NCBI GenBank assembly: GCA_035314185.1
Contig: DATFZT010000205.1
Span: forward strand, 2,820-66,819
Length of the DNA: 64,000 nt
From: Terriglobales bacterium
Lineage (GTDB): Bacteria; Acidobacteriota; Terriglobia; Terriglobales; Acidobacteriaceae
Direction: 5' to 3'
Under the pieces are notes generated by a model. That model saw only the letters and a program-made list of their open reading frames with translations. It did not search any database and had not been told where the DNA came from. Shown here one piece after another: positions 53,650-62,515 of this stretch (position 1 is the stretch's first letter; each line of letters starts with the position of its first letter). Both the position numbers and the translations under genes were made by a program.

Positions 53650-55476
53650 TTGGCTGAATTTAATAATCCTCAACAAGAACCCGGGATGGAGCGCAGGCTG
53701 CTGGTGGTGTTTGCGCTTACGTTTCTGGTCATCATGCTGTTCCAGCCACTTTTGAAGAAGTATGGGCCGCAGCCTCCGGCGAAGACGGAGAGTGAGAACG
53801 CTGCCGGGCTTCGCCCGGCCGTACAGCCGGGGGCGGCTGTCGCTACGCAGAATCCGGCGCAGATCTTGGCGCAACGTAAGCAGGCCGATCTCCCTCCGGG
53901 CATAAAGGTGATACGCGATTCGAGCCCGGTGCAGGCGACGAGCGAGCGCGAGACAGTGGTTGAAAATGACGTGTATCGAATCGTTTTCACCAATCGCGGC
54001 GCACGGGTGAAGTCGTGGGTGCTGAAGAAGTACACCGACGATAAAGGCGGACAGCTTGAATTGGTAAATGCAACGGCGGCGGAGAAGTATGGATATCCGC
54101 TGACGTTGTGGACGTATGACGAGGCGCTGCGAGACAAGGTGAACTCGGCGCTGTACGTGGGGTCGCACTTCGCAACCAGGACCGATACCGCCGGCGCCTC
54201 TCCCCTCGGTGCCAGCTACACCGCTCCCACGGAAGTCGTCTTCGGATATTCCGACGCCGATCTCTCGGTGCGGAAGACCTACACGTTCGACGCCAGCACC
54301 TATGTGGTTGGGGTGAAGACGGCAGTCACTCAGAAGGGTGCGCAGGTCGCGGCGTTTCCGATGTGGCCTGCGGGGTTCGGCGCGGACATGACCGGGCCGC
54401 AATACGCGTCTGGGCAGATCGTTTATCAGTACGACGACAAGGTTGAGCGGCTGGCGATCAAGAAGATCAGCGGCGGCGGGACGCTGCAGGGACCGTTCCA
54501 CTGGGCAGGATTGTCGGACCAGTATTTCGCGGCAGTGTTCTTGCCGGCGGATCCAAAGAACGCGGCGATGGTGACGCTGCGGAATGCGATTGAAATTCCG
54601 CATGGCGGGTCCGATACGAAGCAGATGGACAAGGTGGACGTGCTGGGCGCGGCGGTGGGGAACGAGAGGGGCGCGAGCGATGTCCGAGTGTATGTGGGTC
54701 CTAAGGCGCTGGCGGATTTGGAATCGGTTTCGGTGCCGGGGATTACGGGCGCGGAACCGGACTTGCGGGCGATCATCGACTTTGGCTGGCTGGGAATCAT
54801 CGCGCGGCCGCTTTTTTTGTGGTTGAAGTGGATGTACAGCCACATCGTCCGTAATTGGGGCTGGGCGATTCTGCTGCAGACGCTGGTCATCAACCTGGCG
54901 CTGCTGCCGCTGCGGCTTTCGCAGATGAAGTCGATGCTGAAGATGCAGCGGGTGGCGCCGCAGATCAAGGCGATCCAGGAAAAGTACAAGAAATACAGTT
55001 TGCGTGATCCGCGCAAAGCGGAAATGAACACGGAAATTTCGGCGCTGTACAAAAAGGAAGGCGTGAATCCGGCGGGTGGATGTCTGCCGCTGGTGATCCA
55101 GATGCCGTTTCTGTTTGCGTACTACCGGATGCTGAACGTGGCGATGGATCTGCGGCACGCGCCGTGGCTATGGATTCATGATCTCTCGGCGCCCGATCCG
55201 TGGCACATTCTGCCGGTTGCGATCATCATCACCATGCTTGTGATGCAGCGGATGACGCCGCAGGCGGGCATGGATCCGGCGCAACAGAAGATGATGAACG
55301 TCATGATGCCGGGGATGCTGGGCATCATGAGCTGGAACTTGCCGGCGGGGTTGGGCTTGTACTGGTCCGCGGGTCAGCTGATCGGGATCGTACAGCAGTC
55401 GGTGATGAATCGCACGTCGCTGGGGCGCGAGATGCGCGAGATGATGGAGAAGCGGGCGCGGAAGAAAGAGAGATAG
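53650..55476 (+). CDS. yidC: Membrane protein insertase YidC
   Basis: 608 aa with an N-terminal TM segment and a large periplasmic domain. Conserved core GWAILLQTLVINLALLPL, MQRVAPQIKAIQEKYK, NPAGGCLPLVIQMPFLFAYY and WNLPAGLGLYW. Confidence 0.95.
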   Translation: MAEFNNPQQEPGMERRLLVVFALTFLVIMLFQPLLKKYGPQPPAKTESENAAGLRPAVQPGAAVATQNPAQILAQRKQADLPPGIKVIRDSSPVQATSERETVVENDVYRIVFTNRGARVKSWVLKKYTDDKGGQLELVNATAAEKYGYPLTLWTYDEALRDKVNSALYVGSHFATRTDTAGASPLGASYTAPTEVVFGYSDADLSVRKTYTFDASTYVVGVKTAVTQKGAQVAAFPMWPAGFGADMTGPQYASGQIVYQYDDKVERLAIKKISGGGTLQGPFHWAGLSDQYFAAVFLPADPKNAAMVTLRNAIEIPHGGSDTKQMDKVDVLGAAVGNERGASDVRVYVGPKALADLESVSVPGITGAEPDLRAIIDFGWLGIIARPLFLWLKWMYSHIVRNWGWAILLQTLVINLALLPLRLSQMKSMLKMQRVAPQIKAIQEKYKKYSLRDPRKAEMNTEISALYKKEGVNPAGGCLPLVIQMPFLFAYYRMLNVAMDLRHAPWLWIHDLSAPDPWHILPVAIIITMLVMQRMTPQAGMDPAQQKMMNVMMPGMLGIMSWNLPAGLGLYWSAGQLIGIVQQSVMNRTSLGREMREMMEKRARKKER

Positions 55477-55487
55477 CTGTCGGCTAT

Positions 55488-55630
55488 CAGCTATCAGCTG
55501 TCAGTTTAATCCAGTCCCTAAAGGGGCGTTTGATTTTCGAGGAATTTACGGTATCGCTAAAGCGATACCCTGATACGAACCTTTCGTCGTTTGCGACGCT
55601 CTTAGCATTTACTGAGAGCTGATAGCTGAG
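55488..55630. repeat. Structured spacer bounded by 17-nt inverted repeats (MITE- or ncRNA-like)
   Basis: cagctatcagctgtcag (55488-55504) versus ctgagagctgatagctg (55612-55628), with 1 mismatch. Internal hairpins include ggtatcgct-aa-agcgatacc (55550-55569) and cgtcg-tttg-cgacg. Confidence 0.6.
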
Positions 55631-55640
55631 AACTTTACTT

Positions 55641-56183
55641 ATGCCGATCACTGACAAGGTTGTTGCCGCTAAACAGATTGGGGAATTTTTGCAGGCCGTC
55701 ATTTCCAATGGCGGCTTCAAGCTGAAGTATCGGATCACGGTGGATCCTCCGATCGCGCAGAATCGCGAGTGGGAGCATCCGGAAATTCTGGTGGAGTTTG
55801 CGGGGCCGGATTCGGCGCTGTTGCTGGAACGCAGTGGAGAGTTGCTGCGTTCGTTCGAGCTGCTGGCGTCGGAGATTCTGCACCTGCAAGGCAACGAGCA
55901 CGAGAAGATCTGGTTCGACTGCAAGAACTTCCGGGCGATGCGGATCGACGAGTTGCAACTGGCGGCGCGGGTGGCGGCGGAGCAGGTGCGGCGGACGAGC
56001 GAGCCTTACCGGTTCGGGCCGATGTCGTCGCGGGAGCGGCGGATTGTGCATCTGGCGTTGCGCGAGGAAAAAGATTTGCGCACGGAGAGTGACGGCGAGG
56101 GCGGACGACGGTCGGTGGTGGTGTATCCGGCGAGTTATAAGTCGGCGGCTCCGGCGCGGCGGGAACGGCGGACGATTTCGTAG
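55641..56183 (+). CDS. jag: KH/R3H RNA-binding protein Jag (KhpB-like)
   Basis: KH-like VEFAGPDSALLLERSGELLRSFELLA and R3H MSSRERRIVHLALREEKDLRTESDGEGGRRSVVVYP. Typical position after yidC. Confidence 0.8.
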   Translation: MPITDKVVAAKQIGEFLQAVISNGGFKLKYRITVDPPIAQNREWEHPEILVEFAGPDSALLLERSGELLRSFELLASEILHLQGNEHEKIWFDCKNFRAMRIDELQLAARVAAEQVRRTSEPYRFGPMSSRERRIVHLALREEKDLRTESDGEGGRRSVVVYPASYKSAAPARRERRTIS

Positions 56184-56196
56184 TGGCCGAATTTCG

Positions 56197-56248
56197 CAGG
56201 CCGAGCTGCGCTCGGCTGGACGGGCGAGGTCGCCCGTCGCCACACGAC
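56197..56248. repeat. REP-like hairpin element, family B
   Basis: gcaggccgagctgcgctcggctggacgggcgaggtcgcccgtcgccacacgac, 3' of jag and upstream of dnaA. Confidence 0.85.
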
Positions 56249-56527
56249 TTTTCTTCCATTGCACAGTTTGCGCGGCAGTTAGTTTCTCGACACTTGACAG
56301 CGGAAACAAATCGCGGTTGGATAAAGCGCTCGCGCGGAATTTTTTTGTTGCAACCCACCGACGCGGCGATTTTTTTGTGCTAGTATGCGGTTCGTCTCGT
56401 AATAAATTTCACAGGCAACCCGTACTGCAAAACAGACTCTGCTCTGCAGGAAACGACGAACTCACAATTTCAAGATTGGTCTTTCCCGGACGTTTTTGCG
56501 CCGGCGCTTTCGATATTCTGATAAACA

Positions 56528-57955
56528 ATGTCTCTCACCAGTTCCGCCATTATTCCGAATCCGTGGGTGCGCATCCTTGACGCGCTGGAAAAGAAAGTCA
56601 ACCGACACTCCTACGACACCTGGTTGAAGCCGACACGGTACAGCCACGCCAGCAATGGAATTTTGTACGTGCGCATTCCGACCGCTGAGTTCCGCCACGT
56701 AAGCGACAAGTACGCAGACCTGATTCAGGAAGCGGTGGACAACCTTGGGCTGGGATACGAGGATGTCAAATTCGTTACCGCCGAGGACGATCCTTCGAAC
56801 ACGCCGATCCGGCATAACGGCGGGCTGTCGGCTCATAGTTCGAACATTGGCTCGAGCGGCGGTCCCAATGCTGGTCCGGGTCAACAGACAACGCAGGGGT
56901 TGCATCCGGCGCAGGGACGGTTCGACTGGGACAGTGCGGCGCAACTGAATCCTCGCTACACGTTTGACGCGTTCGTGATCGGCAGCGGCAACCAGTTCGC
57001 GCACGCGGCTTGCCAGGCGGTGGCGGAGCGTCCCTCGAAGGCCTACAACCCGCTGTTCCTGTACGGGGGCGTGGGCATGGGCAAGACGCATCTGATGCAG
57101 GCGATCGGACATGAGATCAAGCGGCGGACGCCGCAGGCGGCAATCTGTTACGTGTCGAGCGAGAAGTTCACCAACGAGATGATCAACTCGTTGCGCTACG
57201 ACAAGATGATCAGCTTCCGGGATAAATTCCGGACCATGGATGTGCTGCTGATTGACGACATTCAGTTCCTGGCGCAGAAAGAGCGGACACAGGAAGAATT
57301 CTTCCACACGTTTAATGCGCTGCACGAATCGATGAAGCAGATCGTAATCGCGAGCGATCGACCGCCGAAAGAGTTGGCGGAATTCGAGGATCGCTTGCGC
57401 AGCCGGTTTGAGTGGGGACTGATTGCCGACATTCAGCCGCCGGACCTGGAGACGAAAGTCGCCATCCTGCAAAAAAAGGCGGAGCAGGAACGGGTCACGT
57501 TGCCGACGGATGTGGCGTTATTTATCGCAACGAATATTCGTTCGAACGTTCGGGAGTTGGAAGGTGCGCTGATCCGGCTGGTGGCGCATTCTTCGCTGAT
57601 CGGGGCTGAGATCACGCTGCCCTACACCCAGCAGGTGCTGAAGAATTTTATCGATTCGCAAGCACGCAAAGTGACTATTGAATCCATTCAGAAAGCGGTA
57701 GCTGAGCAATTCGGGCTGCGCCTGGTGGAGATCAAGGCGAAAAATAATTCGCGATCGATTGTGTATCCGCGGCAGATTGCCATGTACCTAGCCAAGCATC
57801 TCACGGAAGCTTCCCTGCCTGAAATTGGACGCCAGTTCGGGGGTAAGCACCACACTACGGTCTTGCATTCCGTGGACAAGATTGAAGAGGTTCGCAAGAA
57901 CGACAAGGATTTGAACAGATTGCTCAATAAACTGACCGAGCAATTAGGCTCGTAA
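56528..57955 (+). CDS. dnaA: Chromosomal replication initiator protein DnaA
   Basis: YTFDAFVIGSGNQFAHAA, Walker A LYGGVGMGKTHL, DVLLIDDIQFL, and domain IV RSIVYPRQIAMYLAKHLT...GGKHHTTVLHS. Confidence 0.97.
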   Translation: MSLTSSAIIPNPWVRILDALEKKVNRHSYDTWLKPTRYSHASNGILYVRIPTAEFRHVSDKYADLIQEAVDNLGLGYEDVKFVTAEDDPSNTPIRHNGGLSAHSSNIGSSGGPNAGPGQQTTQGLHPAQGRFDWDSAAQLNPRYTFDAFVIGSGNQFAHAACQAVAERPSKAYNPLFLYGGVGMGKTHLMQAIGHEIKRRTPQAAICYVSSEKFTNEMINSLRYDKMISFRDKFRTMDVLLIDDIQFLAQKERTQEEFFHTFNALHESMKQIVIASDRPPKELAEFEDRLRSRFEWGLIADIQPPDLETKVAILQKKAEQERVTLPTDVALFIATNIRSNVRELEGALIRLVAHSSLIGAEITLPYTQQVLKNFIDSQARKVTIESIQKAVAEQFGLRLVEIKAKNNSRSIVYPRQIAMYLAKHLTEASLPEIGRQFGGKHHTTVLHSVDKIEEVRKNDKDLNRLLNKLTEQLGS

Positions 57956-58251
57956 CTGGTAGTTTCCACCGGCTTTTCCACTCTTCAGGCCATTCTTCCT
58001 GCCGTCTGGCTGTGAACTGTTTGTGGAAGCTGTGCGAGACGGGACGGAAACTTGAGAATGAGCCGAGGGTTACGATGGCCTCCGCCGGAGCCGGGAGCGA
58101 TTGTTCACATGAAGGGTTGATGTGGAAGCAATTGAGCCGCAGGGGCCTGGACCGGTTTTCCACTTCTCCGAGCCACCTACGGTTACTACTGGTTTTCTTG
58201 TATTTGCATTTGATATAAGAAGAGAACAGAAGTAGAGTCGGGAGACCCAAT
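57956..58251. other. Candidate oriC segment (DnaA-box-like cluster plus AT-rich element)
   Basis: gTTTCCACc 57962-70, TTTTCCACt 57974-82, TGTGGAAgc 58022-30, TTGTTCACA 58101-09, TGTGGAAgc 58121-29, TTTTCCACt 58156-64. AT-rich stretch 58193-58224. Confidence 0.55.
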
Positions 58252-59421
58252 ATGCCGGTGGAAGTCGCCCCTGCTATAGCCGCAACCACAACGACCATGG
58301 AAATTACGGTCAGCAAGTTTGAGCTTCTTCGGGAACTGACAGCCACTCAGGGCGTGGTGGAGCGCAAGACCACGATCCCCATTCTCTCCAATTATCTTTT
58401 TGAGGCTGCGGGGGACAAGTTGTCGCTGACGGCGACAGACCTTGACCTGAGCCTGCGCACGTCGTGTGCCGCCAAGGTGAAAAAAGATGGCGCGTGCACA
58501 ATTCCAGCACGGAAACTTTATGACTACGTGAAGTTGCTGCCCGACGCCGATATCACCATCCGGTTGCTGGAGAACCACTGGGTCAGTATTCGGTGCGGAC
58601 GGTCCAACACGAAGATGGTGGGCATGGCGCGGTCGAATTTCCCGAGCTTGCCAGTGTTTCCATCGGCAGGAGTGATCAAGATCCCGGCGGCGGTGCTACG
58701 TTCGATGATTGCCAAGACCGGCTTTGCCATCGCCAGCGAGGAGTCGCGTTACACGCTGAATGGGGCGTTGATGGTGCTGAAGCCAGAGTCGATCACCATG
58801 GTGGCGACCGATGGCCACCGCCTGGCGCACATTGAGCGCGCGGGGGAAAAGTTTGAAGGCGTTTCGGGCGAGATGAAAACGCTGATTCCGAAGAAGGCCA
58901 TGGACGAACTGAAATCGCTGCTCGATTCCGGGATTGAGAAGGACGTAGAGACGATTGACTTCGCCAAGGACGAATCGACGTTGTTCTTCCGCGTGGGGCC
59001 GCGGTTGCTGACTTCGCGCCAGTTGACGGGGCAGTTCCCGAACTATGAGGCGGTGCTGCCGAAAGACATCTCCAAGTCGATCGCGTTGCATGGCGAGGAA
59101 CTGGGAGCCGCGATTGCCCGCGTGGCGCAGTTCGCCGATGAGCGGTCGCGCGCCGTGCGTCTGCGTCTGGAGAAAGGCGAGTTGAAAATTTCCGCGTCGT
59201 CGACCGAGACGGGGGAATCGGAGGATTCCATTGAAGTCGCTTATGACGGTGAGCCGATGGCGATCGGATTCAACGCGCAATATCTAATCGACTTCATCAA
59301 GGCGACTGGGTCGTGCGAAGTGAAACTGGAGCTGAAGGATGCGCAGTCGGCCGGGCAGCTTCGTCCGGCGGAGGGCGAGGATTACAAGTACCGGTATATT
59401 GTGATGCCGATGCGGATCTGA
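58252..59421 (+). CDS. dnaN: DNA polymerase III beta subunit (sliding clamp)
   Basis: MEITVSKFELLRELTATQGVVERKTTIPILSNYLFEA..., LNGALMV and VMPMRI. ATG 58252 follows GGAGA; an alternative start is ATG 58297 (MEITV...). Confidence 0.95.
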   Translation: MPVEVAPAIAATTTTMEITVSKFELLRELTATQGVVERKTTIPILSNYLFEAAGDKLSLTATDLDLSLRTSCAAKVKKDGACTIPARKLYDYVKLLPDADITIRLLENHWVSIRCGRSNTKMVGMARSNFPSLPVFPSAGVIKIPAAVLRSMIAKTGFAIASEESRYTLNGALMVLKPESITMVATDGHRLAHIERAGEKFEGVSGEMKTLIPKKAMDELKSLLDSGIEKDVETIDFAKDESTLFFRVGPRLLTSRQLTGQFPNYEAVLPKDISKSIALHGEELGAAIARVAQFADERSRAVRLRLEKGELKISASSTETGESEDSIEVAYDGEPMAIGFNAQYLIDFIKATGSCEVKLELKDAQSAGQLRPAEGEDYKYRYIVMPMRI

Positions 59422-59447
59422 GGCTTTTGGTAGGCGGAGGAAATGTA

Positions 59448-59864
59448 ATGTTATCCGGTTTTAAACAATTCATCTTGCGCGGCAATGTGGTGGATATGGC
59501 AGTGGGCGTGGTGATCGGCGCGGCCTTTGGCGGCGTGGTCACGGCGCTGACCGCAGACTTGTTGACTCCGTTCATCGCGGCGGTCGTGGGCAAACCGGAT
59601 TTCTCTGCCATTCATTACACGATTAACGGGACATTGTTTCCGGTGGGCCATTTCATCAACGCCGTGGTGTCGTTTCTACTGATTGCCGCCGCCGTTTATT
59701 TCTTTGTGGTGACGCCGGTGAATGCGCTGGTTGCGAGGATGCACAAGGATCCGGCGCCGGCGGATCCGACTACCAAGAAGTGCCCGGAATGTTTGAGCGA
59801 GATTCCGATCGATGCGCGGCGCTGCAGCCATTGCTCGGAGCCGGTGATGGGCAAGGCGGCGTAG
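59448..59864 (+). CDS. mscL: Large-conductance mechanosensitive channel with a C-terminal CxxC...CxxC tail
   Basis: MLSGFKQFILRGNVVDMAVGVVIGAAFGGVVTALTADLLTPFI (MscL TM1 signature). ATG 59448 follows GGCGGAGG. Tail is KKCPECLSEIPIDARRCSHC. Confidence 0.9.
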   Translation: MLSGFKQFILRGNVVDMAVGVVIGAAFGGVVTALTADLLTPFIAAVVGKPDFSAIHYTINGTLFPVGHFINAVVSFLLIAAAVYFFVVTPVNALVARMHKDPAPADPTTKKCPECLSEIPIDARRCSHCSEPVMGKAA

Positions 59865-59873
59865 ACCGCGCTG

Positions 59874-59940
59874 AGGTGCGCTCGGCTGGACCCTTCGACT
59901 TCGCTCAGGGCAGGCTCCGAGGGCGGCCGTCCCTACGTAA
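59874..59940. repeat. Composite REP element (B left arm, FDFAQGRL-type core, reverse family A)
   Basis: gaggtgcgctcggctggacccttcgacttcgctcagggcaggctccgagggcggccgtccctacgtaa, 3' of mscL. Confidence 0.75.
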
Positions 59941-60034
59941 ACCCTCTTCCGCCTTGGCGAAAATCGCTGGATTCCTGTAAAATTTAAGCTTCTGCAAACG
60001 GTTTCGGCTACAGGCCTGGAAGGACTCCTAAGTT

Positions 60035-60223
60035 ATGGCACGAGTTTGTGATATCTGCGGCAAGGGGCCGCAGTTCGGAAATACCATCAGCCACGCCCAC
60101 AATGTGAGTAAACGGCGCTGGAACGTCAATCTGCGGCCGGTTCACGCCAAGGTGGGAGCCGCTACCAAGCACATACGCGTCTGCACTTCCTGTCTGCGCA
60201 GCGGCAAAGTGGTTAAGGCGTAG
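60035..60223 (+). CDS. rpmB: 50S ribosomal protein L28 (Cys-containing form)
   Basis: MARVCDICGKGPQFGNTISHAHNVSKRRWNVNL...VCTSCLRSGKV. Confidence 0.95.
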   Translation: MARVCDICGKGPQFGNTISHAHNVSKRRWNVNLRPVHAKVGAATKHIRVCTSCLRSGKVVKA

Positions 60224-60231
60224 CTTTCTAG

Positions 60232-60268
60232 AAGCCCGCGGACCGTTCGAGATCCCGCGGGCTTTTGT
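60232..60268 (+). terminator. Rho-independent terminator after rpmB
   Basis: Stem aagcccgcgg (60232-60241) / ccgcgggctt (60255-60264) followed by ttgtgtgtttg. Confidence 0.65.
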
Positions 60269-60313
60269 GTGTTTGTCGGCTTTTCGCGGACAGGAGTGTC
60301 CGCGCCACACGGA

Positions 60314-60757
60314 CTACTTTACGTCTACTAATTGCACATCGAAGATCAGGGTTGCGTTGGCGGGGATGACGCCGGGATAGCCCTTTTCTCCGTAGGCCAG
60401 GTCGGAGGGGATGCGCAGTTGGCGCTTGCCTCCCACCTTCATGCCAGCGACGCCTTCGTCCCAACCCTTGATGACCTGGCTGGCGCCCAGTTTGAAGGCG
60501 AACGGGCGGCCGGTGCCGATCGAGCTGTCGAACTTCTTGCCGTTGGTGAGCCATCCGGTGTAATCGACTTTCACCTGCTGTCCGGTTTGCGCCACCGCGC
60601 CGGTGCCGACTTTGATATCCCAATATTCGAGACCGCTGGCCGTTTTGACGGGATCGCCGGTGACTTTGGTGGGCCCGCTGGCGGCGGGCTTCGCGGTCTG
60701 GGCGGCGATCAGTCCGGCCAGTGCGAGCAGTGTGATGACTAGGATGACAATTTTCAT
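60314..60757 (-). CDS. FKBP-type peptidyl-prolyl cis-trans isomerase, secreted
   Basis: [16 protein letters not shown]...[37 protein letters not shown] chose ATG 60757 after AAGGAG (signal peptide [19 protein letters not shown]); the track start is 60808. Confidence 0.9.
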   Translation of the reverse strand: MKIVILVITLLALAGLIAAQTAKPAASGPTKVTGDPVKTASGLEYWDIKVGTGAVAQTGQQVKVDYTGWLTNGKKFDSSIGTGRPFAFKLGASQVIKGWDEGVAGMKVGGKRQLRIPSDLAYGEKGYPGVIPANATLIFDVQLVDVK

Positions 60758-60800
60758 AGTGCTCCTTTTTCTTGTTTTCATAAATTCTGCTACACCACAT

Positions 60801-61178
60801 TCAGGCAAGCGCTATCACATCAATTTCAACCAGGACGTCTTTTGGAAGCCGCGCCACCTCCACGGTAGAGCGGGCTGGCGGTGCTTGCTTGAAGTAACGG
60901 CCGTAGACTTCGTTCATGGCGCCGAAGTCTCCCATGTTCTTGAGAAAGACGGTGCAGCGCAGAACTTTCTCCAGAGTGCTGCCCGAGGCCTGCAAAATGG
61001 CGGCGAGGTTCTTGAGGACGCGGTCGGTTTGCGCGCTTATGTCGCCGGGGATTACCTGCTGGGTGGCGGGATCGATGGCTACCTGTCCGGAGGTGAAGAT
61101 CAGGCCTTGGGCTCGAATGGCCTGGGAGTAGGGGCCGATGGCCTGCGGAGCCTGAGCGGTGGCGATTACGTCGCGCAT
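60801..61178 (-). CDS. ridA: RidA (YjgF/UK114) family reactive-intermediate deaminase
   Basis: [12 protein letters not shown]...[11 protein letters not shown]...[22 protein letters not shown]. Confidence 0.9.
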   Translation of the reverse strand: MRDVIATAQAPQAIGPYSQAIRAQGLIFTSGQVAIDPATQQVIPGDISAQTDRVLKNLAAILQASGSTLEKVLRCTVFLKNMGDFGAMNEVYGRYFKQAPPARSTVEVARLPKDVLVEIDVIALA

Positions 61179-61261
61179 GATTCCTCCTGCGGCTACTGCG
61201 CTTTCTGTGGGGATGATGACGAAGAGTGATTAACGCAGATTGCGGCGGTGGAAGTCAAACC

Positions 61262-61346
61262 GCCGGGCTTTGCCCGGCTGGACGGCCGAGGCGGCCGTTC
61301 CTACGTGAGCATCTTGGACGGGCGAGTCGCCCGTCCCCACACAAGC
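61262..61346. repeat. Composite REP (reverse family A plus family B)
   Basis: gccgggctttgcccggctggacggccgaggcggccgttcctacgtgagcatcttggacgggcgagtcgcccgtccccacacaagc, between the ridA start and the ruvB stop. Confidence 0.8.
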
Positions 61347-62407
61347 TAGAACAACGAGCTTTGGCGGCGGTTGGGCGTGATTCCGAAATGTTCGTACGCG
61401 AGCTGCGTTGCCACTCGGCCTCGGGGCGTGCGATTTAGAAAGCCAATTTGAATCAGGAAGGGCTCGTAGATTTCTTCGATGGCGTCGGGCTCTTCAGCTA
61501 GCGCCGCGCCCAGGGTGTTCAGGCCCACCGGTCCACCCTGATATTTCTCGATGATCGTGAGCAGGAGCTTGCGGTCGACTTCGTCGAAGCCGTAGCGATC
61601 AACTTCGAGCATGCTGAGCGCGGACTGGGCGGTCGGCAGATCAATGGAGCCGTTGGCTCGCACCTGGGCGTAGTCGCGCACGCGGCGCAGCAGGCGGTTG
61701 GCGATGCGCGGTGTTCCACGGGAGCGGCTGGCGATTTCAATGGCTCCGGGACGATCGATGCTGACGCCTAGAATTTCGGCGGAACGCTCTACGATTACGC
61801 GCAGGTCGTCGTGGGTGTAGAACTCGAGGCGCAGGAGCAAGCCGAAACGCGAGCGCAGTGGTGCGGAGAGCAGTCCGGCGCGCGTAGTGGCGCCGATGAA
61901 GGTGAAGGGCTTCACGTCCATGGTGTGGGTGCGCGCGGACGGACCTTGGCCGATCATAATGTCGAGCTTGTAGTCCTCGAGCGCGGAGTAAAGGATCTCT
62001 TCGAGCGCGGGCTGCAGGCGGTGCACTTCGTCTATGAAAAGCACCTGGCGGTCGCGGAGATTGGTGAGGATTGCGGTGAGGTCCCCTTTGATTTGCAGCG
62101 TGGGGCCGGAGGTCTGCTGGAAGGCGGCGCCGAGTTCGTTGGCGATGATGTTGGCGAGCGTCGTTTTGCCCAGGCCGGGCGGTCCGTAGAGCAGGACGTG
62201 GTCGAGCGCTTCGCCTCGGGATTTCGCGGCTTGGATGGCTACGTCCAGATTCTCTTTTACTTTAGCTTGGCCGATGAATTCCTGCAGACGCTGCGGGCGA
62301 AGCTTTAGCTCGAAAGAGGAATCGTCCTCGACCGGGGCGGCGGAGACGAGACGGTCTTTTGTGTGGGCCGGGAGATGGAGCGCGGGATTGTCTTTGGCGG
62401 CGGACAC
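61346..62407 (-). CDS. ruvB: Holliday junction branch migration ATPase RuvB
   Basis: [19 protein letters not shown], Walker [21 protein letters not shown] and [16 protein letters not shown] chose GTG 62407 because the longer track ORF (to 62506) begins inside a REP element. Start uncertain. Confidence 0.9.
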   Translation of the reverse strand: MSAAKDNPALHLPAHTKDRLVSAAPVEDDSSFELKLRPQRLQEFIGQAKVKENLDVAIQAAKSRGEALDHVLLYGPPGLGKTTLANIIANELGAAFQQTSGPTLQIKGDLTAILTNLRDRQVLFIDEVHRLQPALEEILYSALEDYKLDIMIGQGPSARTHTMDVKPFTFIGATTRAGLLSAPLRSRFGLLLRLEFYTHDDLRVIVERSAEILGVSIDRPGAIEIASRSRGTPRIANRLLRRVRDYAQVRANGSIDLPTAQSALSMLEVDRYGFDEVDRKLLLTIIEKYQGGPVGLNTLGAALAEEPDAIEEIYEPFLIQIGFLNRTPRGRVATQLAYEHFGITPNRRQSSLF

Positions 62408-62463
62408 TGAAGGCGATGGTAAAGCGAAAAGCGGAATCAAGCAATTGTTCCCGCCGAAACCGT

Positions 62464-62515
62464 GCGGAGCTTCGCTCCACTGGACGGGCGAGTCGCCCGT
62501 CCCCACACAAGCGAC
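62464..62515. repeat. REP-like hairpin element, family B
   Basis: gcggagcttcgctccactggacgggcgagtcgcccgtccccacacaagcgac; the core is identical to 61315-61346. Confidence 0.85.

Noticed and set aside
53047-55158. 703-aa minus-strand ORF
   Set aside because: It is Arg/His/Gln-rich and fully antisense to rnpA-yidD-yidC, which have unambiguous conserved motifs.
56316-56324. DnaA-box-like gttggataa upstream of dnaA
   Set aside because: It matches only 7 of 9 positions of TGTGGATAA and is isolated. The dnaA-dnaN spacer has a much denser cluster. The region 56184-56527 is kept only as a possible dnaA promoter region.
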